Source: Candidatus Micrarchaeota archaeon (GTDB lineage: Archaea > B1Sed10-29 > JAJRYS01). Taken from it: 29,685 nucleotides of DNA. Below the pieces are notes generated by a model that saw only the letters and a list, made by a program, of their open reading frames with translations, was not told the DNA's origin and ran no database searches. The position numbers and the translations under genes are program-made. Position 1 is the stretch's first letter. Every line of letters starts with the position of its first letter. The stretch spans positions 5,470-35,154 of the forward strand of contig CAZBZN010000007.1 of assembly GCA_964496415.1 (NCBI GenBank), given 5' to 3'. This document shows, piece by piece, positions 1-8,510 of the stretch.

Positions 1-57
1 GTTAGAAAAGAAGTGCAATTAAGAAGAGGAATTGGGAAAAAGAGGAAGAAAAAGTAA
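1..57 (+). CDS. 3' end of a gene truncated by the window edge (...VRKEVQLRRGIGKKRKKK*), polybasic C-terminus
   Basis: Frame 1 is open from base 1 to TAA at 55-57, purine-rich coding-like composition, ends 12 nt before the radical SAM ORF. Confidence 0.6.
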   Translation, partial: VRKEVQLRRGIGKKRKKK

Positions 58-69
58 CTTTAACAATAT

Positions 70-1155
70 GTGAGGGGTATGACATCAACTTTAGAAAAAA
101 GAGTAAAACAGGTTCTTGGGATTACTTTAGCTGATTTAGAAAAAATAGTTTTAAGTAAAAGGCAGAATATTGTTGATGTGCTGATTAGAAATGGTTGCAA
201 TTTGAATTGCAATCATTGTTTTGCAGGGCCAAAGAAGATAGCTAAGTATGACGTGGAGAAGATAAGAAAGATAATGAGGGCTTTTGATAGAGTTTTCATA
301 TACCCTCTTGAAATAACAGCGGGGGATACTGATTTAATGCTTGAATTAATGAAAGAGACAAATAGAAAAAGGATTTTAACTAATGGAGTTGCTATTGGGA
401 AGAACCCCCAATTGTTGGATAAATTTAAGCAATATGGTATAAGGGAGTTAAGTATAGGTAATGTTGAAGCAGTGGATGAAGAAACTCAATCAAAGCTTAC
501 AGGTGAAGGAGAGTCATTGAAGTACACTTTTAAGGGGATAGTTAATGGAGTAAATAAAGGATTTAAAGTAGGGGTTTATACTGTTGTTAGCAGAGCTAAT
601 CTATCGCAAATAGAAGATATAATAAAAAAAGTGAAGTCATTAGGGGCAAGTTCAATAAGATTTTACAGGTTTCTTGCTATTGGAAAAGGAGCACAGCAAA
701 AAGATTTAATGATGAATGCTAAAGAAACTGAGGAATTTGTACTAAAAGTTTTCTCTTTAAGAAAGAAGTATAAGAATAAAATAAGAATAAGTCTTAGCCC
801 AACTTTTGGTCCTGATTTGTATTCAAAAACAACTTTAAGATATTTAGTAGATAAGAATGCAGAGTCAAGATATGTTTGTTACGCAGCAAGTCCTAATTAT
901 ATTGCTGTAGAGCCATTAGTTGATAAAGATCTTTATTATCCTTGCTTTACTGGTTCAGGTGAAGAAAATCTTACATTTTCTTCTCCTCAGAAATTTGAAA
1001 TAAGTAAGCTAAAAGGAAAATGTGGGGAATGCAAGTATAAGAGGATCTGTGGGGGTGGCTGCAGAATGGTTGCATACTCCTTAACAGGAGATTTTTATGA
1101 AAGCATGGATACTTGTGTCACAATGATTAGAGAGAAATATGGGATATTTGATTAA
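70..1155 (+). CDS. Radical SAM protein with C-terminal SPASM domain
   Basis: CNLNCNHC (CxxxCxxC), ILTNG motif, and C-terminal C...PC...CGECKYKRICGGGCR...C (7-Cys SPASM pattern). Start may be ATG 79 rather than GTG 70. Confidence 0.9.
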   Translation: MRGMTSTLEKRVKQVLGITLADLEKIVLSKRQNIVDVLIRNGCNLNCNHCFAGPKKIAKYDVEKIRKIMRAFDRVFIYPLEITAGDTDLMLELMKETNRKRILTNGVAIGKNPQLLDKFKQYGIRELSIGNVEAVDEETQSKLTGEGESLKYTFKGIVNGVNKGFKVGVYTVVSRANLSQIEDIIKKVKSLGASSIRFYRFLAIGKGAQQKDLMMNAKETEEFVLKVFSLRKKYKNKIRISLSPTFGPDLYSKTTLRYLVDKNAESRYVCYAASPNYIAVEPLVDKDLYYPCFTGSGEENLTFSSPQKFEISKLKGKCGECKYKRICGGGCRMVAYSLTGDFYESMDTCVTMIREKYGIFD

Positions 1156-1173
1156 AGAATAAGAGATGGTAAA

Positions 1174-1947
1174 ATGATCACTTTGGTTTTTTCAACAAAA
1201 GATCCTGCAAGCATGCTGATGTTTGATATTATGAGCGAGCATTTTAAGGCTTCTGAAAAAGAATGGGAAGGCATGGCAGTATTTGTGAGAGACAATATTG
1301 AGCTGCTGAGGACAAATTCTGAGCTGGTGTTTTTCAACCAGGTGAACGATATTGATACTGATGAGATAATTTTCATGTCACGTCATAAGTCTGCTTCAGC
1401 AAAGCCTACTATCACTGCTCATTTTTGCGGAAACTTCGGGCCAGCTGATCTTGGAGGAGAGCCAGGAAAATTATCCACTGCTGATGCTTTACTAATGCAG
1501 CAGGTGTTCAAAGAACTATTAGGATGCTTTCTTGATTATGATGTTTCTTTGGAAGTAACCCATCATGGGCCGTTAGTAAAAATCCCTCACTTTTGGGTGG
1601 AGCTTGGTTCTTCTGAAAAACAATGGAATGACTCTGAAGCAGCAGAATTCATAGTAAATTCTGTGCTGAAAGCATTGGAGAAAAAACCAGAGTCAAAACA
1701 AGTTGGTATAGGAATAGGCGGAGGGCATTATGCGCCTGTGTTTTCAAAAATAGAAGAAGAAACGCCTCTTGGTCATATCATGCCTAAGTATGCTCAGGAG
1801 TACTTGTCGAAAGAAATGCTTGTTCAAATGATAGAAAAAACATTTCCAGAGCCAAAAGTAATTTTTATAGATAAGAAAGGAGTAAGGCAACAAAGTACTG
1901 TGAAGAAGCTAGCTGAGGAAACAGGTTTAGAAGTGATAGTGGTTTAG
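1174..1947 (+). CDS. dtdA: D-aminoacyl-tRNA deacylase, archaeal DTD2 type
   Basis: Motifs SRHKS, TAHFCGN, EVTHHGP, VELGSSE, GGGHYAP, GHIMPKY typical of the DtdA/GEK1 family. Confidence 0.93.
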   Translation: MITLVFSTKDPASMLMFDIMSEHFKASEKEWEGMAVFVRDNIELLRTNSELVFFNQVNDIDTDEIIFMSRHKSASAKPTITAHFCGNFGPADLGGEPGKLSTADALLMQQVFKELLGCFLDYDVSLEVTHHGPLVKIPHFWVELGSSEKQWNDSEAAEFIVNSVLKALEKKPESKQVGIGIGGGHYAPVFSKIEEETPLGHIMPKYAQEYLSKEMLVQMIEKTFPEPKVIFIDKKGVRQQSTVKKLAEETGLEVIVV

Positions 1948-1948
1948 G

Positions 1949-3076
1949 GTGGTTGTTTTGATTCTTGATTTTCTTCATCATCCAGTTGAACCAGAGCTTG
2001 CTGAGATTTATCTTCATAGGTTTTTAAGGGTTTTTGCTTTTGGCTTGATTAACGTGTTCGTTCCAGTTTACTTACTTAAAATTGGTTTTTCTTTTCAACA
2101 AGTTCTTAGTTATCTTTTGATTCAATACTTAACCTTCATGGCTTTTACTCCTACAAGCGTGGTTTTTGAACAGAAAAAAGGCATAAGAAATGCTATTACT
2201 TGGTCAACTTTTATCCTGCTTGCTGCTTTTTTCACTTTGTTTACCATAAATAATTACCATTGGCCGATTCAGTTCATTGCTTTCCTTTTCGGAATTCAAT
2301 GGGCTTTGTATTGGACTCCTATTAATATTAATTTTGCAAGAAATGCTGGAAAGAGGACAGGAGTAAGAGTAGGCGCTTATTTTTCAATCCCCAGGATTAG
2401 TTTAATAATTGCTCCAGTGCTTGGAGCTTATCTTATTAGCTTTTATGGTTTTAATCTTGCTCTTGCATTTGCTTTTTTTACTTTGGTATTGTCTTTGGTT
2501 CCTTTGTTTTTTTCAAAAGATTTTAAGATAGTTAAAAGAGTTTCTTTTAAAATTTTTTTCAAGAGACAGGAAAGATATTTTTTAATGTTTTTTATTCAGG
2601 GGCTTATTGATTCTGGAGTCATTTTATGGCCTTTATTTGTCTATTTTGCTTTTTCTACTTATTCTTCAATAGGGTGGACGGTATCAGCAAGGTTTTTGAT
2701 AAGCACTTTATTTCCTCTCTTCATAGGATTTTTGACTGATAAAATAAGTAAGAAAAGTTTGTTAGCTGTGGCTGGATTGTTTAATGCTTTAGTATGGTTA
2801 CTTGTAATAAAAGCAACTACTTTTTTGGAATTTATTGTTCTTTCTCTTGCTCTTGGAGCTTCTTTAATGCTTATTAATGTTCCTTTCTTTGCTTTAGCTT
2901 CTAAAAAAGCATTAAAAGAAGGCCTTGTCGAAACTATCGCGTTGCGGGAAATGCTTCTTAATGCTGGGAGAATTTTTGGCATAATTATAGCAATCTTAAC
3001 TTTGAATTTGTATCATGTTTTTATCCTGATTATCATTTCTTCTTTAGTATTTTCTTTTTACTGGCTCAAGAGCTGA
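1949..3076 (+). CDS. MFS-type membrane transporter
   Basis: About 12 hydrophobic segments in two repeats; GFLTDKISKK resembles MFS motif A. Exact start uncertain (GTG 1949). Confidence 0.8.
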   Translation: MVVLILDFLHHPVEPELAEIYLHRFLRVFAFGLINVFVPVYLLKIGFSFQQVLSYLLIQYLTFMAFTPTSVVFEQKKGIRNAITWSTFILLAAFFTLFTINNYHWPIQFIAFLFGIQWALYWTPININFARNAGKRTGVRVGAYFSIPRISLIIAPVLGAYLISFYGFNLALAFAFFTLVLSLVPLFFSKDFKIVKRVSFKIFFKRQERYFLMFFIQGLIDSGVILWPLFVYFAFSTYSSIGWTVSARFLISTLFPLFIGFLTDKISKKSLLAVAGLFNALVWLLVIKATTFLEFIVLSLALGASLMLINVPFFALASKKALKEGLVETIALREMLLNAGRIFGIIIAILTLNLYHVFILIIISSLVFSFYWLKS

Positions 3077-4445
3077 GTTGTTTTTTGATTTCCTCGTCAA
3101 GGATTTTAAGAAATTCTTCTTTTTTATCAGGGTTTATTCTTGCACCTGCTGCCACGTCATGCCCTCCGCCAGCTCCTCCAACTTCAGAAGCAGCTTTCTT
3201 CATTGCTTTTCCAAGGTCAAGCCCTTGTCTTACTAAGTCAAGAGTGCCTCTCCCTGATATTTTTATCATTCCTTCTGGGTCTATGGCAAGTGCAATTACT
3301 GGCTTGTCATTACCTACTATCAAAGCGCTGTAAAGCATTCCAGCAATCGTGCCGATTATAGTGTCTTTTACTTTGTCACCGAACTCAACAACATAAAGCC
3401 ATTGTGTTTCTCTGATTCCATTGTTTTTCACTAAGTCTATTCCTTCTTTTAGCATTCTCCTGTGTTCTGCAAGCATCTTAGCAGCTTCTTTGAATTTTTC
3501 TTTCCTATCACCCATGGCTACTTTTATTCCTATTTCTTCTTTGTCATGTCTTCCGCAGGCATTAAGCAAAGTAGCAAATTCTTTCGCGTCTTTAAGAATA
3601 GGTTCTTTTTCTTTTACAAGCTCGTATACTTCTCCAACCATTCCTTTTAAAACAAACTCAGGAAGCCCGTGTTGTTTTGCATAAATGTAAATTGCCGACG
3701 CGAATCTCTTTTTTTCATCCTCGCTTAAGTCAGCGTAGCATCTCCACTTATCGTCTTTTTTTAAAGGTATACCAAGAGAAGTAATGAACCTAGCGCATTC
3801 TTCTTCTTCGCCAACAAGCCCTGGGAGAAAAGGATCTGTTGAGTAAGCAAGAAATTGTGTTAAAGGCCTTGAGTACCTTCCATAAAGTCTTAGGTCTTTT
3901 TTTACAATTAGTTCTCCTGATTTTACAGCGTCTTTTAGTATTTTTCTGTTTTCGCCTATTAATTTGCCCTCTTTGTCTTGCATGTCTCCTACTGCGCCTA
4001 TTATTGCTATTTTTGCCAAGTCAATGTTTTTTTCATTAACTTTTTTTGCTATCAAGTATGTTACTCCAGCACCACTTATTTCTCTCGCACCATCAATACC
4101 GTAATAATGTGGGTTCACGTTTAAGAAGAAAGTTTTTTCCTTATCTGGTTTGTGATGGTCGCTTATCAGCACGTTAAATTCTTTTAGTTGGTCTTCTATT
4201 TTTTCAAGAGTGCTTGAACCAAGGTCAACAAAAATAAGGTTCTTTTTTCCTTTTTCCTTTATTTTTTTTATTCTTTCATCATCAAGGGCTTTGCTTGCCA
4301 TTATTTCAAACTTTTTCCCAAGTCTTTTAAGGGTTAAGCCCATTATTGCTCCTGAAGTTAAACCATCAGCGTCATAATGGCAGATTACTAAGAAGTCGTC
4401 GTTTTTTTTCAAGAACTCAGCAGCTTTTTCAAGCAATTTTTCCAT
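3066..4445 (-). CDS. recJ: RecJ/Cdc45-like DHH-DHHA1 nuclease (archaeal RecJ/GAN family)
   Basis: HYDADG, DLG, DHH, GAVGD, LNACGR, SGR, GGGHDVAAG motifs. Confidence 0.9.
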   Translation of the reverse strand: MEKLLEKAAEFLKKNDDFLVICHYDADGLTSGAIMGLTLKRLGKKFEIMASKALDDERIKKIKEKGKKNLIFVDLGSSTLEKIEDQLKEFNVLISDHHKPDKEKTFFLNVNPHYYGIDGAREISGAGVTYLIAKKVNEKNIDLAKIAIIGAVGDMQDKEGKLIGENRKILKDAVKSGELIVKKDLRLYGRYSRPLTQFLAYSTDPFLPGLVGEEEECARFITSLGIPLKKDDKWRCYADLSEDEKKRFASAIYIYAKQHGLPEFVLKGMVGEVYELVKEKEPILKDAKEFATLLNACGRHDKEEIGIKVAMGDRKEKFKEAAKMLAEHRRMLKEGIDLVKNNGIRETQWLYVVEFGDKVKDTIIGTIAGMLYSALIVGNDKPVIALAIDPEGMIKISGRGTLDLVRQGLDLGKAMKKAASEVGGAGGGHDVAAGARINPDKKEEFLKILDEEIKKQLSS

Positions 4446-4498
4446 TGTAGCACCTTTTTATATTTTCTTTATTCAAAAATATAAACAGGTTGGTTTAG

Positions 4499-5119
4499 AT
4501 GAGTGAACTTGAATTGAAAAAAGAACTAGAAGAATGCAGGAAAAAGTTAAAAGAGCATTACTATAAAGGCCTATTGTTTGATTTTCTAATAAGAAGGTAT
4601 AGGGATTATATTGAAACAAACGAGGCTAAAACAATTCAGGATCTTAAAAGAATGATTGATGCTTCAAATGAAACAGTTAAGAAGGTAGCTGATGAAGTAA
4701 TAAGAAGCATACCTGATTATTCCTCTGAGAAGGTAAAAGAAGGAGTAGAAGCAGCTTTGAAACTTATTAGCGAAAGGATTTATTCAGTGCCTTCTCTTGG
4801 AATTAATTTTTGGATGACTCCTGAAGAAGTTTATGAAGCAAGAGTTGCTGATTACGAAGATAAAGCAATTTTCTTTTGTTCTGTTTTAAAAGCAATGGGT
4901 CTCAATGCAAGTGTTTTAATAGCAGAGTTAAGTGACGGCACTAATGCACCGTTTGTAGTGGTTAGGAATGCTAAAGTGTTTTTAGTGGACCCGAATAATA
5001 ATTTGCTTTTTGAGGCTGAAAGTTTCCCAGAAGTAGTAAAAAAGTATGAATTTAATGGTGTGAGAATAACCTCCTTGCTCTATGAGTTTGATGACTTAAA
5101 ATACGAGGAATACTCTTAG
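4499..5119 (+). CDS. Transglutaminase-like fold protein, probably catalytically inactive
   Basis: FWMTPEEV...ADYEDKAIFFCSVLKAMG matches the YWxxPxET...GDCEDxAxLxxSLL signature, with Tyr at the catalytic Cys position; LVDP downstream. Confidence 0.7.
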   Translation: MSELELKKELEECRKKLKEHYYKGLLFDFLIRRYRDYIETNEAKTIQDLKRMIDASNETVKKVADEVIRSIPDYSSEKVKEGVEAALKLISERIYSVPSLGINFWMTPEEVYEARVADYEDKAIFFCSVLKAMGLNASVLIAELSDGTNAPFVVVRNAKVFLVDPNNNLLFEAESFPEVVKKYEFNGVRITSLLYEFDDLKYEEYS

Positions 5120-5184
5120 TTGTTGTTTTTATAACAAAATCTTTTTAAATTATTAGTTGATTATTAGGTAAAAAGGTGAAATAA

Positions 5185-5364
5185 GTGGCAGTAAGAGCTG
5201 ACAGAAACAAATGCTTGTATTGTGGTGGTTGTGTTTCAGTATGCCCTGCTAATGCTTTAACTTTAAGAGAAACCCGTATAGAATGTGATGATTCAAAGTG
5301 CATTAACTGCGGTGCATGCATTAAGTTCTGCCCAGCTGGTGCTTTAAGTAAGTTTGAGGGATGA
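5185..5364 (+). CDS. 2[4Fe-4S] ferredoxin, 59 aa (missing from the ORF track)
   Basis: My translation from GTG 5185: MAVRADRNKCLYCGGCVSVCPANALTLRETRIECDDSKCINCGACIKFCPAGALSKFEG*. Two CxxCxxCxxxCP motifs, GGTGA RBS at 5175-5179, ATGA overlap with the next gene. Confidence 0.95.
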   Translation: MAVRADRNKCLYCGGCVSVCPANALTLRETRIECDDSKCINCGACIKFCPAGALSKFEG

Positions 5365-6587
5365 AAATGGTTTTTAATACAAGTGAGTTAGCTTCTCAGG
5401 AATGGGATGTAATAATAGTTGGAGCAGGGCCAGGTGGAAGTATTGCTGCAAGAGACTGCGCTAATTATGGGTTAAAGACCCTTGTTATTGAAAGAAGACA
5501 GGAGATAGGAGCACCAGTAAGATGCGGTGAAGGATTAGGAGAAGTATGGATGAAAAAAGCAGGCTTAGAGTATGATCCTACTTGGTGCCTTAAAGAAATG
5601 CATGGCGCAGTAATTTATGGTCCTAAAAAAGTGAAGATGGTCATTCCAACAGAAAATAAAGGTTACATTATTGAGAGGAAAATGTTCGAGAAGAAACTGG
5701 CAAGCCAAGCGATAAAAGCAGGAGCAAAGTATTTAGTAAAAACCCAGGTGGTTGGAGTAATCAAAGAAGATGGTTTTGTTAGGGGAGTAATCGCAGAAAA
5801 CGCTGAAGGCAGGTTTGAATTCAAAGCAAAACTTGTTATTGCTGCTGATGGCGTTGATTCTCAAACAGCAAAGTATGCTGGAATTAACACAGTTAATGGA
5901 CTGACAGAGGTTGACTCTGGTTATGAGTATGAAATGGAAGGGTTAAACATTGATTATACTGATAAGATTCATATTTTTGTAGGAAACAAGATAGCTCCAA
6001 GGGGTTATGTTTGGATTTTTCCAAAGTCAGAGACAAGAGCTAATGTTGGCATAGGTATTCTTGGAAGTGAAGAATCAAAGACAGCTAAGGAGTATTTGGA
6101 TGAGTTCATTAGGTCTCATCCTGAGATTTTCAAAAATGCTGGAATAATAGAAGTTAAAGGAGGAAGTGTTCCAGTAGGGGCTCCTTTAGAAAAGCCTTAT
6201 GCTAATGGATTACTACTAGTTGGTGACGCAGCTCACATGGTCAACCCAATTCACGGGGGAGGAATGGGGACTGCAATGGAGGCAGCTAGAATAGCTGCAA
6301 GAATTGCAAAGGAAGCAATAGAATCCAATAATGTTTCAGAAGAATTTTTAAAGAAGTACGCTGATGAGTGGTTTGAGGTAAGAGGAAATCAATTACTACA
6401 AGTTCTTAAGGTTAGGAAATTTTTTGAAAAACTAAGTGATGATGACATGGAAAAACTCGGAGAAATTTTCACTCCAGAAACATTATTAGAGTTCAGTGAT
6501 GGTAAAAAACTAAAAGTCTTTGCTAAGGCTTTTGCAAAACACCCCAAGCTAATGCTTATAGCAGCAAAGACTTTACTTGCTGGTTAA
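5361..6587 (+). CDS. Geranylgeranyl reductase family flavoprotein (digeranylgeranylglycerophospholipid reductase)
   Basis: DVIIVGAGPGG FAD motif, RCGEG, AADG, PRGYVWIFPK, NVGIG, LVGDAA...NPIHGGG. Confidence 0.92.
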   Translation: MKMVFNTSELASQEWDVIIVGAGPGGSIAARDCANYGLKTLVIERRQEIGAPVRCGEGLGEVWMKKAGLEYDPTWCLKEMHGAVIYGPKKVKMVIPTENKGYIIERKMFEKKLASQAIKAGAKYLVKTQVVGVIKEDGFVRGVIAENAEGRFEFKAKLVIAADGVDSQTAKYAGINTVNGLTEVDSGYEYEMEGLNIDYTDKIHIFVGNKIAPRGYVWIFPKSETRANVGIGILGSEESKTAKEYLDEFIRSHPEIFKNAGIIEVKGGSVPVGAPLEKPYANGLLLVGDAAHMVNPIHGGGMGTAMEAARIAARIAKEAIESNNVSEEFLKKYADEWFEVRGNQLLQVLKVRKFFEKLSDDDMEKLGEIFTPETLLEFSDGKKLKVFAKAFAKHPKLMLIAAKTLLAG

Positions 6588-6624
6588 ACGTCAGTTTTTT
6601 AAGCTCATGCTCTTTATTTTACTC

Positions 6625-7416
6625 ATGAGAATTTTGAAATACAAAGCCACCTTATTTCTTGCTGGCTTAATGACTTTCTCTTATTTTTATTTCTCAAGTC
6701 ATTTGATTTATATTCCTACAAAAACACTTGTTTATTATGGTTTTTCAACCTCTAATCTTCTAACCGCTTTATCTTATCCTTTTCTTCACGTTAGTCCAAT
6801 GCACTTATTAGGGAACCTGCTTTTGGTTTTGTTAGCTGGAATGGTAAGTGAAGCTACTTTAAAATCAAAGCATTTTATTGTATTGTTTTTTGTTTCATCA
6901 ATTGCAAGTGCTTTCGTTTTTTTGATCATCAGTCCTGACCGAGTATTAGTTGGCGCTTCTGCAGGGATTTCAGCTGTAATAGCAGCTGGCTTCATAGTTG
7001 ATTTTAAAAAAATGCTTGCAGGGCTTTTGATTGTTTCAGTACTTGTAATGTTTGTTTCTGGCTTTGTTAATAATTATACTATGAAAAAGCTTTCCGAGCT
7101 TAGGCAGGAACGATTAGAAAAAGAAGAACAACTAAAGAACGTAACCAATGAGCTTAAAAATGCTGTACCTGGTTCAGAGGAGTATGAAAATCTTTTAACC
7201 AAGAAACAAGAGTATTATAATCAATTAGCAGTAGTGATTCAAAAACAGGTTACTATTGAAGAAGGAAAACTAAGGGAAAAACAAGTTAAGACTAACGCAT
7301 TGCTTCATCTGACAGGGGCTATTGTTGGGATACTTTACGTTTGGTTGTTTAAGAGGGATTTGTTATGGAAGCTTCCTTATCAGTTGATACCATCAAAGTA
7401 CTTGCAGAAGAGCTAA
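6625..7416 (+). CDS. Rhomboid-family intramembrane serine protease with a coiled-coil insertion
   Basis: FLHxxxxHLLGN, catalytic GASAG and HLTGAIVG. Start placed at ATG 6625 (track start TTG 6577 overlaps the GGR gene). Confidence 0.85.
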   Translation: MRILKYKATLFLAGLMTFSYFYFSSHLIYIPTKTLVYYGFSTSNLLTALSYPFLHVSPMHLLGNLLLVLLAGMVSEATLKSKHFIVLFFVSSIASAFVFLIISPDRVLVGASAGISAVIAAGFIVDFKKMLAGLLIVSVLVMFVSGFVNNYTMKKLSELRQERLEKEEQLKNVTNELKNAVPGSEEYENLLTKKQEYYNQLAVVIQKQVTIEEGKLREKQVKTNALLHLTGAIVGILYVWLFKRDLLWKLPYQLIPSKYLQKS

Positions 7417-8153
7417 ATGAAGAGCTTGTTGGGAAGAAAGTTTTAAAAGTTCAGCAAGTCGGAAGAGAGCTTTTTAAGATAACTTTCGGGCCTGGCAAGA
7501 AAGAACTACTAATAGAGCCAGGAAAAAGAATTCATTTGACCCAGTATGTTATTCAAGCTCCTTTAAAAGCATCTCAAGCGGCAATGTTTTTAAGAAAGCA
7601 TCTTAAAGGTGAAAAAGTTAAGAGAGTATATCAATATGATGAAGAGAGAATAATAGTTATTGAATTTGAGGATTATTTCCTAATATCAGAGTTCTTTTCT
7701 CATGGGAACATGGTCTTGGCAGATAAAGAATTTACTATTCTTTTTACTTTTAGGAAAGAAGAATGGAAGGACAGGGTTTTTAAGAAAGGGGAGAAATACC
7801 TGTTTCCAAAGAATCCTCATAAAGTAAAGAAGGGTTTTTCACCAGTGGGAAAAGAAAAATATGAAGAGCATGGCAGCATGAATAAAGCTCTTGATGAGTA
7901 TTTTTCAGCACAAACAAAACAATCTGAAAGCCCTTTGATTAAAAAACTTAAAATTAGGTTAGAACAGCAAATGAAAGCATTAAAAGAGTTTGAAGAGAAA
8001 GCCAAAATTGAAAGACAAAAGGCTGACAAGATTTATGAGAACTACCAGCTGGTTGAAGAAGTACTAAGATTAGTTAAAGAAAAGAAGTATGATGAATTAA
8101 AACAAAAAGGCGTAGAGCTTAAAAAAGGAAAAATAATAATTAATTTAGACTAG
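7365..8153 (+). CDS. NFACT/Rqc2 (RqcH)-family protein, N-terminal half only
   Basis: NFACT-N motifs (AMFLRKHLKG, YQYDEERII, EFFSHGNMVL, GEKYLFP) followed by a coiled coil (LEQQ...ADKIYENYQLVEEVL); no NFACT-R domain. Confidence 0.82.
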   Translation: MEASLSVDTIKVLAEELNEELVGKKVLKVQQVGRELFKITFGPGKKELLIEPGKRIHLTQYVIQAPLKASQAAMFLRKHLKGEKVKRVYQYDEERIIVIEFEDYFLISEFFSHGNMVLADKEFTILFTFRKEEWKDRVFKKGEKYLFPKNPHKVKKGFSPVGKEKYEEHGSMNKALDEYFSAQTKQSESPLIKKLKIRLEQQMKALKEFEEKAKIERQKADKIYENYQLVEEVLRLVKEKKYDELKQKGVELKKGKIIINLD

Positions 8154-8405
8154 CATGCTTTCGTCAACAACAATAACGTCACTTACTGCAAAAACTGCTT
8201 TGAAAGGAATCATTCCTAAGCCTTCATGTTTCATTAAGTTCTTAGCTATTTTTGAAGCATTGTTAGGTTCAATTAAAAAAGCTTCTATTTTTCCAGTTGT
8301 CTCATCAATTAGAATGTCACTGAGCCTTCCAATTTCTTCTCCCTTGTTTGTTATTATTCTTTTTCCACCTAATTGTTTTGCTATGAAGAACTTTCGTGCA
8401 GCCAT
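8145..8405 (-). CDS. PRC-barrel protein (CdpB-like, archaeal FtsZ-division associated family)
   Basis: LGGKRIITNKGEEIGRLSDILIDETTGKI...IPFKAVFAVSDVIVV PRC-barrel pattern. Start re-assigned to ATG 8405, with AGGTGG RBS at 8412-8417 on the minus strand. Confidence 0.85.
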   Translation of the reverse strand: MAARKFFIAKQLGGKRIITNKGEEIGRLSDILIDETTGKIEAFLIEPNNASKIAKNLMKHEGLGMIPFKAVFAVSDVIVVDESMLV

Positions 8406-8510
8406 AAGCATCCACCTTGAAACTATTAATCGTAACGCATTTATAAACTTATCGTGAATTTTGGGTTTTTCAAGCACTTTTTTAAACAATAGAATTCAAA
8501 AACAATAGCA

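Noticed and set aside
8406..8489. N-terminal extension of the PRC-barrel ORF (and similar extensions at 6577, 16208, 19711, 22927)
   Set aside because: Downstream ATGs fit RBS/overlap positions and family lengths better
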